In this document: in pieces, positions 9,502 through 18,171 of the stretch
How the letters are laid out: each line of letters starts with the position of its first letter
Position numbering within the stretch: the first letter of the stretch is position 1
Assembly (NCBI GenBank): GCA_016218805.1
Contig: JACRCW010000085.1
Coordinates: 1-64,000 of the forward strand
DNA from: Deltaproteobacteria bacterium
GTDB taxonomy: Bacteria > Myxococcota > JACRCW01
Length of the DNA stretch: 64,000 nucleotides
Direction: 5' to 3'
Translations under genes and position numbers: made by a program
The notes under the pieces: generated by a model
The model's input: the letters and a program-made list of their open reading frames with translations, nothing else
Databases searched by the model: none
What the model was told of the DNA's origin: nothing

Positions 9502-10281
9502 TCAGCCGACCACGTCCTCTGTTGGCTCGCCGGTATCCGGGTTGACGTCCACGCCGCCGCGGCGCCGCTTGAAGGCCTCGGCAAACGCCTCGCCCTGGCG
9601 GAGCACGCCTTCCAGCAGCCTGGCTCGCGCCTGCGTATCCGCCTGGCTGTCGGAGGGGTGCAGGCCAAGGACGCGCGCCACGGTCTCCCGCAGATGGGAC
9701 AGGCCCTTCTGCTGGGAATCGGTCACGGTGCTGTACTGCAGCGTGGGGCTCTTGGCGGCGGCGGAGAGGATGCCCGTCATACGCGTGGCGAGCTGGTCCA
9801 CCCGGTCCAATGATGCGCCCAAACGCAAGGCCTGGATGCGGGTGGCGTGCTCCGGCTTGCGGACGTCACGCATGACGGCCTGGACCGCGGTGGCCTCATC
9901 CACGTGCGTGCCCTGCGTGAGGCCGGCCAGGCCCGCGGGGAACAGCACCGTCAACAGCGTGCGCGCTTCCTCAACGGGCTGGCCCGGCAGCGCGCCCTCC
10001 ACCACGCCGGTGAGCATGGCATGGATGCCGCCCAACACGCGGTCCAACTCGGTGTCCACCACCACAGCCTCGCCGGGGTTGGCGGTGGGTTGCCGCTTCT
10101 GGCGTATCCAATCCAACTCCACCGTGCGGGTCTGCTCATCATGCGCAATGGCAGCATCCAGGAAGGAAACCAGGACCGTGAGACCCATTGCGGCCGCAAT
10201 CTCCCGCACGGCGCGGAGCGCCACAATGCGGCGGCCGGTGGGGAGCGCATACACGTTGAGAAGGGAGCCCAGAGTGGCCAT
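9502..10281 (-). CDS. Hypothetical alpha-helical protein (~259 aa)
   Basis: GGAGG RBS precedes ATG 10281. Amphipathic helical sequence with normal composition. Confidence 0.65.
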   Translation of the reverse strand: MATLGSLLNVYALPTGRRIVALRAVREIAAAMGLTVLVSFLDAAIAHDEQTRTVELDWIRQKRQPTANPGEAVVVDTELDRVLGGIHAMLTGVVEGALPGQPVEEARTLLTVLFPAGLAGLTQGTHVDEATAVQAVMRDVRKPEHATRIQALRLGASLDRVDQLATRMTGILSAAAKSPTLQYSTVTDSQQKGLSHLRETVARVLGLHPSDSQADTQARARLLEGVLRQGEAFAEAFKRRRGGVDVNPDTGEPTEDVVG

Positions 10282-10640
10282 GGGACAACCTCCGTCGCGG
10301 AGAGGGGTGGAGTGTCCCGCACGGCGCCCCCCGCATTGGCCCGTGAGAAGTGCGCGGGATGCCACACAGACCGGGCGGCGTACAAGGACCCCCGGCGAGG
10401 CGGCGCGCGGCCTGACGCGCCGCGGCGCGGGAGAAAGGGGTCCCGCGCGGAGGTTGGCCCCGGGCGCGAGGCCATCGCTTGTCCCTTTGACGAATCAGCC
10501 ATTGGCGACGTGCGCTGGCGTAGGCGGGAGGATCCTTTTCCAGCCTCTGCAGTGCTCGATCGAGCGCCTCCCTCGTCGCCGTCCTGCCGGGGTCCTTTTT
10601 TGGCTTGCCGGCATCCGGACACCGGTCAAGATCGCGTGAG

Positions 10641-11900
10641 CTAGCGCAGGCCGCCGCCACCACCCCCGTCCAGGTCAGACAGCAACCGGTCCACCGGCAG
10701 TGCGGCGCCGTCCTCCCGCATGGGACGCCCGTCCTGCAGCAATGACACGCCCACCGCGGCCGGCACGGACAGCAGCGCCACGCCACCCACCACCAGCGCG
10801 GTCAGTCCCGCGCCGGCATACGCGGTCCCGGCGCCGGCACCCACGCCCAGCACGGCCACCGCGAGCAGCGCCATGAAGTACGGGTTGAGCGCGCGGGACT
10901 GCAGCGCCGCCCACGGTGCTGCGTACGCGCCCAGCGCAAACAACCCCGCCAGCACAGGCACCGCGTGCACCGCGGACGCGCACAGCACGGGCGCCGCACC
11001 CGCCACCGCCACCAGCCATCGCGGCCCCGCGCGCCGGCTCCACAGGTGCTGCGTCACGCCGTGGGCCAGCAGCGTCGCGGCCAGCGCGGCCGGCGTGGCA
11101 AGCAGCACCAGCGGCGCCGCCACCACCGCGGGCCACAGCAGCACCGTGGCCACGCTCCCTTGCAGCAGCAGCCGGTTGACGGGCCCCTGCCCCCGCCCCG
11201 CCGCCAGCCCCGCCTGCAGGAAGGAGAACAGGTACACCGACCCCGCCCACAGCAGCACGGTGGAAGCCAGCACCGGCGCCGCCAGCAGCGCGGCCACCAC
11301 AACCGCCGCGCCCCCCGCCCCTGCCGCCGCGGGGAGCAACCGGTCCGCCTCCATGGCGGGCGGCGGCGCGGCACCCGGGGGCGCGGACAGCGGCTGAACC
11401 GCCAAGGCGGGGAAACGGGCTGATTCAGGGAACAGGGCCCGAAGCATGCCAGGCAGGTGCGCGTTCAGTTCCGTCCAGCGCGGCGCGGTGACTTCGCGCT
11501 CTTCTGAGGCCACCGCCCGCCCCGTCCGCGCGTCCACCCGCTGCAGCCGCAACTGCCAGCGCGCGCCGCGTACCCACAACGTGGCCAACAGCGCCGTGGG
11601 GATGCCCACCTGGGCCGCCGCCTCCGCCGCGCAGTCTGAGCGGGTGCACGCCATGGCCACCTGCGGGTCAGCCGGAAGCGCCACGTGCTCCTCCGCCACG
11701 CGCCAGCTCCGCACGCCCCGCAGCAACCGCACGTTCACCTCCAGCGGGAAGCGCAGCCCGCCCGCCGCCGTCACCAGCGCCGGCGCGGTGGGCGCCACCG
11801 GCAGCACCAGCACCTCCACCGGCGCCGGCACGTCCCCCGCCAACACCGCCCATCCCAGGACCCATGCCGCCACCAGCATGGCCGCCCGCGGGTGCGACAC
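10641..11900 (-). CDS. Hypothetical membrane protein with N-terminal exported domain
   Basis: Signal peptide, CxxxxC-containing soluble domain and several C-terminal TM helices. Confidence 0.6.
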   Translation of the reverse strand: MSHPRAAMLVAAWVLGWAVLAGDVPAPVEVLVLPVAPTAPALVTAAGGLRFPLEVNVRLLRGVRSWRVAEEHVALPADPQVAMACTRSDCAAEAAAQVGIPTALLATLWVRGARWQLRLQRVDARTGRAVASEEREVTAPRWTELNAHLPGMLRALFPESARFPALAVQPLSAPPGAAPPPAMEADRLLPAAAGAGGAAVVVAALLAAPVLASTVLLWAGSVYLFSFLQAGLAAGRGQGPVNRLLLQGSVATVLLWPAVVAAPLVLLATPAALAATLLAHGVTQHLWSRRAGPRWLVAVAGAAPVLCASAVHAVPVLAGLFALGAYAAPWAALQSRALNPYFMALLAVAVLGVGAGAGTAYAGAGLTALVVGGVALLSVPAAVGVSLLQDGRPMREDGAALPVDRLLSDLDGGGGGGLR

Positions 11901-11984
11901 GCGTGCCAGCGCGCCACCCCGCAGCGTGACGACGAGACCAGCCGCCCCGCGCCGCGGCGGGCGCTCACATTGAGCGGCGCAATC

Positions 11985-12644
11985 TCAGCCGGGCTGGAAC
12001 ACCAGAACATATTGGTGCGGCAACAACGCGTGCTCCGCGGACAGCTTCCAGCCGGCCTGCGCCGCCTCCTGCAACACTTGTTCGCGGGAGAGCTTGCGCT
12101 CCGGCGGTGGGCCCACCGGCAGCGGCCGCTTGTGGAAGTCCACAATGACCAGCGTGCCGCCGCGCTTCACCGCAGCTTTGAGCCGCCCCAGGTAGGCCAC
12201 GCGGTCCGGGAAGTGGTGGTAGGTGTCCACCACCAGCAGCGTATCGCACGCGCCCGCGGGCAGCAGCGGGTCATCCGGGGCTCCCAGCACGGGCGTGACG
12301 TTCTGCACCTTGGCCCGGGTCAACCGTTCCACCAGCGCGGCCAGGATCCCCGGCTCCACGTCCACGGCAAACACGCGGCCCGTGGGTCCCACCGCGCGCG
12401 CCAGCCGCAGCGAAAAGTACCCGGGCCCCGCCCCAACATCGCACGCCACCTGGCCGGGCTTGAGGCCCAGGGCTTTCACCAGCTCATCCGGCTTCTGCCA
12501 GGCATCCCGTGCCGGGTCCTCCAGATGCGCGATGTACGCGCCCAGGTCCGCGGGGTTGCCGTGGGCAGCGTGGTGACCGCCAGGCGGGTGGTCACCGCCG
12601 GCGCGGGGGAGCAGGACGCAGAGGACGCCAAGGAACGTGTGCAT
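11985..12644 (-). CDS. Class I SAM-dependent methyltransferase
   Basis: RDAWQKP, DVGAGPGYF and VDTYHH motifs. Confidence 0.88.
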   Translation of the reverse strand: MHTFLGVLCVLLPRAGGDHPPGGHHAAHGNPADLGAYIAHLEDPARDAWQKPDELVKALGLKPGQVACDVGAGPGYFSLRLARAVGPTGRVFAVDVEPGILAALVERLTRAKVQNVTPVLGAPDDPLLPAGACDTLLVVDTYHHFPDRVAYLGRLKAAVKRGGTLVIVDFHKRPLPVGPPPERKLSREQVLQEAAQAGWKLSAEHALLPHQYVLVFQPG

Positions 12645-12706
12645 GCCGCCACCTTCCTGCTAGGTGGCCGCCGCCCGCAAGCCGCGGGACGGGAGGAGCC
12701 CTCACC

Positions 12707-13282
12707 GTGGGACTGCTGACAACGGCGGACCTCCGCAAGAACGTGAGCCTGGAGCTGGACGGGGAACCCTACGCCGTGGTGGAGGTGGAGAAGCACGCGC
12801 CCACGGCGCGCGGGGGCAAGACGCTCATCCGCGTGAAGCTGCGCAACCTGCGCACGCGCCAGCTGGTGGACCGGACGTTCAAGGCGGGAGAAGCGTTCGC
12901 TGAACCGGACCTGGCCAGCCAACAGGCCGCGTTCTCCTACGCCACACCGGAGGCCCTGGTGTTCCTGGACCAGGAGAGCTTTGAGACGGTGGAGGTCCCG
13001 CGGGAGGTCCTGGGTGACGAAGCGGCCTACGTGACCGAAGGGCTCCTGGTCTCCGTGCGCCGCTTCAATGGCCAGATCATTGCCGTGGAGCTGCCGCAGT
13101 ACGTGGAGCTGGTGGTGGACAGCGTGCTGCCGGGCGCGCGGGGCAACACCGCCGCCGGCAGCGTCACCACCCAGGCCACGCTGCAGGGCGGCGTAACGGC
13201 GCAGGTGCCGTTGTACATCAAGGCGGGTGACCGGGTGCGCGTGGACCCCCGCACCGGTGAGTTCCGCGACCGCGTCGGCTGA
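12707..13282 (+). CDS. efp: Elongation factor P family protein, EfpL/YeiP-type loop
   Basis: GGAGGAG RBS then GTG 12707. EF-P motifs (DGEPY, GNTA, VPLYIKAGDRVRVD...R). Tip loop is PTARGG rather than PGKG. Confidence 0.88.
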   Translation: MGLLTTADLRKNVSLELDGEPYAVVEVEKHAPTARGGKTLIRVKLRNLRTRQLVDRTFKAGEAFAEPDLASQQAAFSYATPEALVFLDQESFETVEVPREVLGDEAAYVTEGLLVSVRRFNGQIIAVELPQYVELVVDSVLPGARGNTAAGSVTTQATLQGGVTAQVPLYIKAGDRVRVDPRTGEFRDRVG

Positions 13283-13695
13283 CCCCCGCCCCCCGCCCAA
13301 CAAATGGGTGGCCAACAGGCATGAGTCAGGTGGGCTTGGAAGGGGCCGCCGGAACCATGCCGCGTGGCGGGCGCGCCCTGTTCCCTGGCAGAAAGTGTCT
13401 CATTAAATGAGACACTCTGGGCGGATTTGGGTGCGCGCCCCCCCTCAATCCGCAAAGCCGTCCACCGGGTGCGCGTGGACCCCCGCACCGGCGAGTTCCG
13501 CGACCGCGCCGGCTGACCCCCGCCCCCCGCCCAACAAATGGGTCGCCAACTGGCATGGGTCAGGTGGGATTGGAAGGGGCCGCCGGAACCATGCCGCGTG
13601 GCGGGCGCGCCCTGTTCCCTGGCAGAAAGTGTCTCATTAAATGAGACACTCTGGGCGGATTTGGGCGCGCGCCTCCCTCAGTCCGCAAAGCCGTC
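13230..13695. repeat. ~234-bp tandem duplication (13230-13462 and 13464-13695)
   Basis: Direct comparison shows two near-identical copies with scattered substitutions. Each includes the efp 3' end and the 3' end of the convergent gene. Confidence 0.95.
13394..13416. promoter_or_regulatory. Perfect AT-rich palindrome AGTGTCTCAT-TAA-ATGAGACACT (second copy 13628-13650)
   Basis: 10-bp perfect arms, identical in both repeat copies. Function unknown. Confidence 0.5.
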
Positions 13696-14364
13696 AGCCG
13701 GGAGCGCGCCGCGCACGCCCACGGCGGGGTCCGCCTCCGGTGAGGTGGACGGCGCCGTCACGTCCGGCCGCAGCAGGTCCGTGAACTGCGCGCCAAAGAT
13801 GAGCCCGGCGCCGGCGCCCACCAGCAGCCCGGCGGCACCGCCGAACAACACCGTCACCAACCCCACCCACCCGGCGGTGACCAGCAGGTTGGCCTGGACC
13901 TGCAGGGCGTTCACCAGCGTGATGAGCCCAATGACCATCCCGGTGCTGCACAGCCCGCAGCCCAGGCTCACGCAGCCCCCGCCAAACCACCGCATCCCGC
14001 GCTGCATGTTGTCGATGAAGCTGTTGCGGAACACGGCCTCGGTGTCCTTGAGGGTGGGCTTGGCGGGCCGGGCCGCCGGGCGCTGGCTGCCGCCACCGGG
14101 CGCGGGGGCCGGCACGGCCGCGCGGACGCGCGCGCAGTCCTCCACCACCTCGTCTATCTGCTGTTCGGGGACCAGCTGGGTGCGGCCGTCCACTTCAATG
14201 AGGATGCCCTTGTCCGTGTCCGCCACCAGCCAGCCCTCCACCGTGGTGGCGTCCTTCTTGAGCACCACGGTCCAGGGGTTGCGGCACCCTTCGTCCGCCG
14301 CGGCGGCGGGCGCGCTGGCCAGGAGCAGGACGGCAATCACCACAGGGGAGTTCATCACGGCCAT
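13678..14364 (-). CDS. Hypothetical exported/membrane protein
   Basis: Signal peptide, small beta domain and Gly/Cys-rich TM helices at the C-terminus. Confidence 0.6.
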   Translation of the reverse strand: MAVMNSPVVIAVLLLASAPAAAADEGCRNPWTVVLKKDATTVEGWLVADTDKGILIEVDGRTQLVPEQQIDEVVEDCARVRAAVPAPAPGGGSQRPAARPAKPTLKDTEAVFRNSFIDNMQRGMRWFGGGCVSLGCGLCSTGMVIGLITLVNALQVQANLLVTAGWVGLVTVLFGGAAGLLVGAGAGLIFGAQFTDLLRPDVTAPSTSPEADPAVGVRGALPADGFAD

Positions 14365-14365
14365 C

Positions 14366-14713
14366 CTACTGCAGCAGCCCGTCCTCGGGACCGGGGCGGC
14401 TGACGTCAATCTCACCAAAGCGCTGCTCATACTTGGCGATGTTGTCCTGCAGCGCCAGCATCAGGCGCTTGGTGTGCTTGGGAGACGAGATCACCCGCGA
14501 CCGCACCGTGGCGCGCGGCTGCTGCGGCTGGACGAACAGGAAGTCCAGGATGAATTCAGTCTCATTGTGGTTGACCATGGCCAGGTTGGCGTACACGCCG
14601 TTGGCGACGGCAGGGTCCAGCTCCACCGCCAGGGCCACCTGGTTGCGGGCGGGTTGCCCGCCGGGTGCAGGCGGCGTGGATGGCGGCCTGGAGTTCTGGT
14701 TCCCGTTGCTCAT
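14366..14713 (-). CDS. DUF3467 family protein
   Basis: GVYANLAMVNH..TEFILDF...SRVISSPKHTKRL...NIAKYE..FG pattern. Confidence 0.85.
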   Translation of the reverse strand: MSNGNQNSRPPSTPPAPGGQPARNQVALAVELDPAVANGVYANLAMVNHNETEFILDFLFVQPQQPRATVRSRVISSPKHTKRLMLALQDNIAKYEQRFGEIDVSRPGPEDGLLQ

Positions 14714-15043
14714 GCGCCCTCCGGCGGTGGGTTGGCGCACCGGTGGGTACGCCCTGCTGCCTCTTTACCCGTTGCCGCCCGCCCCGTCCCCTGCCGGCGC
14801 CACCCGGACCCGAACCGGCAACGGTACATACCCGCTTCAGCAACCGCGCACCCCGGAGAACCCCGCGCCGCCTTCCGGGGCGCAAGGGACCTTTCTGGGG
14901 TGAGTCCGGGCTCAACAGGAGTCTGCCGGCCTCGGCGGCGGCCCCCCTTGTCGTCGCCCGGCGCTTACCGGCCCGCGTGCTCCTTCACCGCCCCGGCGCG
15001 GGAGACGTGCGCGCCGAGCCGGGGTCGCGCTAGGGACGCCCGG

Positions 15044-15865
15044 ATGCCCACGCCGCTGCCGGACCGGAGCGCCGAACCCTTTGACCTGCTCCCGGCGGGC
15101 CGGGCGGAAGCGCCTGCGGCGCTGTGCGTCCACGGCTTCTCCGGCTCCCCCTACGAAGTGCTGCCGCTGGCGCACCACCTGCGCGCGGAGGGCTGGCGCG
15201 CGGTGGGACCGCTGCTCCCGGGGCACGGGCGCACGCCGCTGGAGCTGGCGCGGACCACCGGGACGGACCTGCTGGAGGGCGCACGCGCGGCGCTGTGGCG
15301 CCTGCACGCCCAAGAGGGGCCGGTCACCTGGGTGGGCCTGTCCACCGGCGCGCTGCTGGGGCTCATCCTGGCGGCGGCGCATCCGGAGATGATCCGCGCG
15401 CTGGTGCTGCTGGCACCGGCGCTGGGGCTCTACCCCAAGGCGCGCCTGGGCATGGCGCTGGCGCGGCGCGGGCTGGCGCGGCTGGTGCCGTACGTCCCCA
15501 AGGAGGCTGAAGGCGGCGACTGCGGCGACCCCGACGGGCGGGCGCACAACCCGACCTACCCGGTGATTCCGGTGGCCGCGCTGCCGGCGCTGGGGGAGCT
15601 GCAGCAGGCGGCGGCGGCGGCGCTGAGCGTGGTCCGGGCACCGGCGTTTGTGGGGCACGGGGCGCTGGATGGGACCATTCCGCCGGTGTGTGGGCGGCGG
15701 GTGGCGGAGGGGCTGGCGCGGGCGCCCGCGGTGGAGTCCCGGGTGTACGCGCGCACGCGGCACCTGGTCCTTCTCGACGTGGAACGGGACGCGGTGATGG
15801 CGGATGTGTCGGCGTTCCTCACGCGTGTTGGCGCGGCGGCGCGCTTGACCGGCGCGGGGTCCTAA
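15044..15865 (+). CDS. Alpha/beta hydrolase (carboxylesterase)
   Basis: VHGFSGSP, LPGHG, nucleophile GLSTG, HGALD and C-terminal His. Confidence 0.88.
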   Translation: MPTPLPDRSAEPFDLLPAGRAEAPAALCVHGFSGSPYEVLPLAHHLRAEGWRAVGPLLPGHGRTPLELARTTGTDLLEGARAALWRLHAQEGPVTWVGLSTGALLGLILAAAHPEMIRALVLLAPALGLYPKARLGMALARRGLARLVPYVPKEAEGGDCGDPDGRAHNPTYPVIPVAALPALGELQQAAAAALSVVRAPAFVGHGALDGTIPPVCGRRVAEGLARAPAVESRVYARTRHLVLLDVERDAVMADVSAFLTRVGAAARLTGAGS

Positions 15866-15887
15866 ACTACTCGGCGGCGCCGCAAGG

Positions 15888-15969
15888 GCCTCGGTGGTGG
15901 AACTGGTAGACACACTACTTTGAGGTGGTAGCGCCGCAAGGCATGGGAGTTCGAGTCTCCCCCGAGGCA
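15888..15969 (+). tRNA. tRNA-Leu (GAG), CCA not encoded
   Basis: Acceptor GCCTCGG/CCGAGGC+A, D arm GGAACTGGTAGACAC, anticodon arm CTACT-TTGAGGT-GGTAG, long variable arm and GTTCGAGT T-loop. Confidence 0.96.
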
Positions 15970-15971
15970 AC

Positions 15972-16020
15972 GGCGCAGCACACACCCCACACGCGGGGCT
16001 TGTGCTGCGCCCTTTTTTTT
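15972..16020 (+). terminator. Intrinsic terminator after the tRNA
   Basis: GGCGCAGCACA...TGTGCTGCGCC stem followed by C-T8. Confidence 0.85.
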
Positions 16021-16061
16021 GCCCCTGGGCGGGCGCACACTGGCGCGCCACGGAGGTGCGC

Positions 16062-16427
16062 ATGGGTGCCCGTTTCTACCCGCAGTGGGCCGGCGTGGCG
16101 GCCGGGGCGCGCGCCGCGGGAGACGTGGCGGCGGAGGCGCGCCGGGGCCTGGCCGCGGTGGAGGCGGAGGCCGCGCGCGTGACGCAGGAGCAGCGCACGC
16201 TGGCGCGCTCCGCCAGCGTGAACACCCTGCAGCGGGACGAGCTGCGGGGCCGCGCCCGGGAGCTGGAGGCGCTGGCAGGGGAGCTGCGGGCGCTGGCGGA
16301 GGGTCGCGCGGTGGTGCCGCTGTCCAAGGAGGAGCAGGCGGCGCTGGCTGCGCAGCAGGGCGCGCTGCCGGCGGACACGCGCGAAGTGGACCTGGCAGAC
16401 GTGTTACCGCCGCGCCGGTCAACCTGA
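16062..16427 (+). CDS. Hypothetical coiled-coil protein
   Basis: GGAGG RBS before ATG 16062. Helical E/R/A/L-rich ORF. Confidence 0.55.
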   Translation: MGARFYPQWAGVAAGARAAGDVAAEARRGLAAVEAEAARVTQEQRTLARSASVNTLQRDELRGRARELEALAGELRALAEGRAVVPLSKEEQAALAAQQGALPADTREVDLADVLPPRRST

Positions 16428-16826
16428 CGGGCCGCCGGCGTCCGCCGGGGGTGGGCAGCGCACGCGCGTGTCCACCGGCCGGGGCAGCCAGGCAAAGAAC
16501 CACACGGCCACGCCGGAGAACGTCACCAGCGCGGCGGCCACCAGGCCGGCGCTGAAGGCCAATCCCACCGCCAGCAGGCCCATGCGGCGGGTGACGGGGT
16601 CCTCCGCGCGCTCCCACACGCCCAGCGCACCGACGAGCAGCCCGGTGCCGGACACCAGGCCCAGTCCCGTCCCGGCGGCCATCATCATGGTGCCCAGCTG
16701 CGGCAGGCCGCTGGCGGACGTCCCCGGGCGGGTGGGCGGGGGCGGCGGTCCCTCCACGCACCGCGGTGCCGCGGACGCCGTGGACGCAACGCCGAGCAGC
16801 AACACCAGCATGGGGGCGCGGAGCAT
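16419..16826 (-). CDS. Small exported/membrane hypothetical protein
   Basis: GGAG RBS, signal peptide ending ASA and two TM helices. Confidence 0.55.
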   Translation of the reverse strand: MLRAPMLVLLLGVASTASAAPRCVEGPPPPPTRPGTSASGLPQLGTMMMAAGTGLGLVSGTGLLVGALGVWERAEDPVTRRMGLLAVGLAFSAGLVAAALVTFSGVAVWFFAWLPRPVDTRVRCPPPADAGGPSG

Positions 16827-16830
16827 GGGT

Positions 16831-18000
16831 TCACTCTCCCCGGGAGGCGCGGGCCTGGTCCAGCAGCCAGCGCGCCATGTCGCGGGCGGCCTCCGGGCGG
16901 GTGAGCGCGCGCGCGGCGTCACCGGCGGCGCGGCGCGCGGCGGCGTCAGACAGCAATCCCTGCACGGCCAGCGCGGCGGCCTCCGCGCTGCCCAACGCCA
17001 CGCGCCCTGCGCCGCTGCTCCGCACCAGCTCCACGTTGCCCGCCTCCTGGCCCGGCAGCGCATCCACCAGCACCACGGGCACGCCCAGCGCCCACGCCTC
17101 AAACACCGTCCCCGGGCCCGCCTTGGTGGCCACCACGTCCGAGGCGGCCATGAGCGTGGGCATCTGCTCGCAGAAGCCCCAGACCTTCAGGCGCCCGCCG
17201 GCGTCCCCCAGCGCGCGCAACGCCGCTTCGCCTGACGGGTTGCGCCCCGCCACGGCCAGCACCGCCGGCGCACCCGGGAGGTCCAGGAAGGCGCGGGCCA
17301 GGGCGGGGAGCGCACCCACGCCTTCGCCGCCGCCGGTGAGCAGCACGGCGTGCGCGTCCGCCGGGATGGACAGCGCGGCGCGGGCCTGGTGCCGGGACGG
17401 CGGGTCACGCAGGAAGCGCGGGTGGATGGGCTGGCCGCTGAGGCGCACGGTGTCCGCCGGTGCGCCGCAGGCCACGGCGCGGTCCCGCGCTTCCGGCGTG
17501 GCCACAAAGGTGATGTCCGCGCCCGGTTCAATCCACGAAGGATGGAAGGTCACCGGGTCCGTGATGACAATGCCGAAGGGGATGCGGCGGCCGCGTTCGC
17601 GCTCCCAGGCCAGGCGGGCGGCGTGGCAGGCCTGGCTGATGAGGGGGTGGGTGGAGAGGACGGCATCCGGCAGCGTGCGGTCCAGGTAGCGCAGCGTGCG
17701 GTGGCGGACGGTGGCCAGGGCCACGGTGTTCACGGCGTGCCACAGCGGCGCGCGCCCCCCCGTGGCAAACGCGGCAAACATCCCGCCCCACAGCCACGGC
17801 ACGGTCCGCACAATGGGGCCGTACAGGCCCACCACCGCGCGCCAGAACGGCGCCATCTCCGCGATGATGTCCACCACGCGCACGTCAGCGGAGGGGTCCA
17901 GCAGGCCCACCTCCGCGGCGATGGCCTGCGCGGCCGCGCGGTGTCCGCCGCCGGTGTCACTCATCAGCAGCTGCAGCCGCAGGGGGGAGGTGGCGGTCAC
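16831..18000 (-). CDS. MGDG synthase/UgtP-like glycosyltransferase (GT28)
   Basis: SDTGGGH, STHP, ITD...HPSW, GGGEG, TKAGPGT and PGQEAGN motifs. Confidence 0.9.
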   Translation of the reverse strand: MTATSPLRLQLLMSDTGGGHRAAAQAIAAEVGLLDPSADVRVVDIIAEMAPFWRAVVGLYGPIVRTVPWLWGGMFAAFATGGRAPLWHAVNTVALATVRHRTLRYLDRTLPDAVLSTHPLISQACHAARLAWERERGRRIPFGIVITDPVTFHPSWIEPGADITFVATPEARDRAVACGAPADTVRLSGQPIHPRFLRDPPSRHQARAALSIPADAHAVLLTGGGEGVGALPALARAFLDLPGAPAVLAVAGRNPSGEAALRALGDAGGRLKVWGFCEQMPTLMAASDVVATKAGPGTVFEAWALGVPVVLVDALPGQEAGNVELVRSSGAGRVALGSAEAAALAVQGLLSDAAARRAAGDAARALTRPEAARDMARWLLDQARASRGE

Positions 18001-18171
18001 GGGCGCGCTTCTACCCGGCGCAGGCGGGCACGCACACCCGCCACGCCGTGCAGTCCACCCGATGCATCCTGCAGCGCCGGCCTCCTTGCCCCGGGCGCGT
18101 GGGCGCTGGCACAACAGGTCTTCCCGGCGTGGAACGGCAGTTGCTCGACGCGGGTGACCCCGGAGGTACTC

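Noticed and set aside
13538..15043. Long N-terminal extensions on the esterase, Slt (17350-18171) and the 1214-aa ORF (7645-7887)
   Set aside because: They overlap better-supported opposite-strand genes or repeat DNA. Downstream starts fit the protein families.
15888..15969. tRNA-Leu as an integration site
   Set aside because: No duplicated tRNA 3' end or integrase was noticed, and the flanking genes look like core genes.
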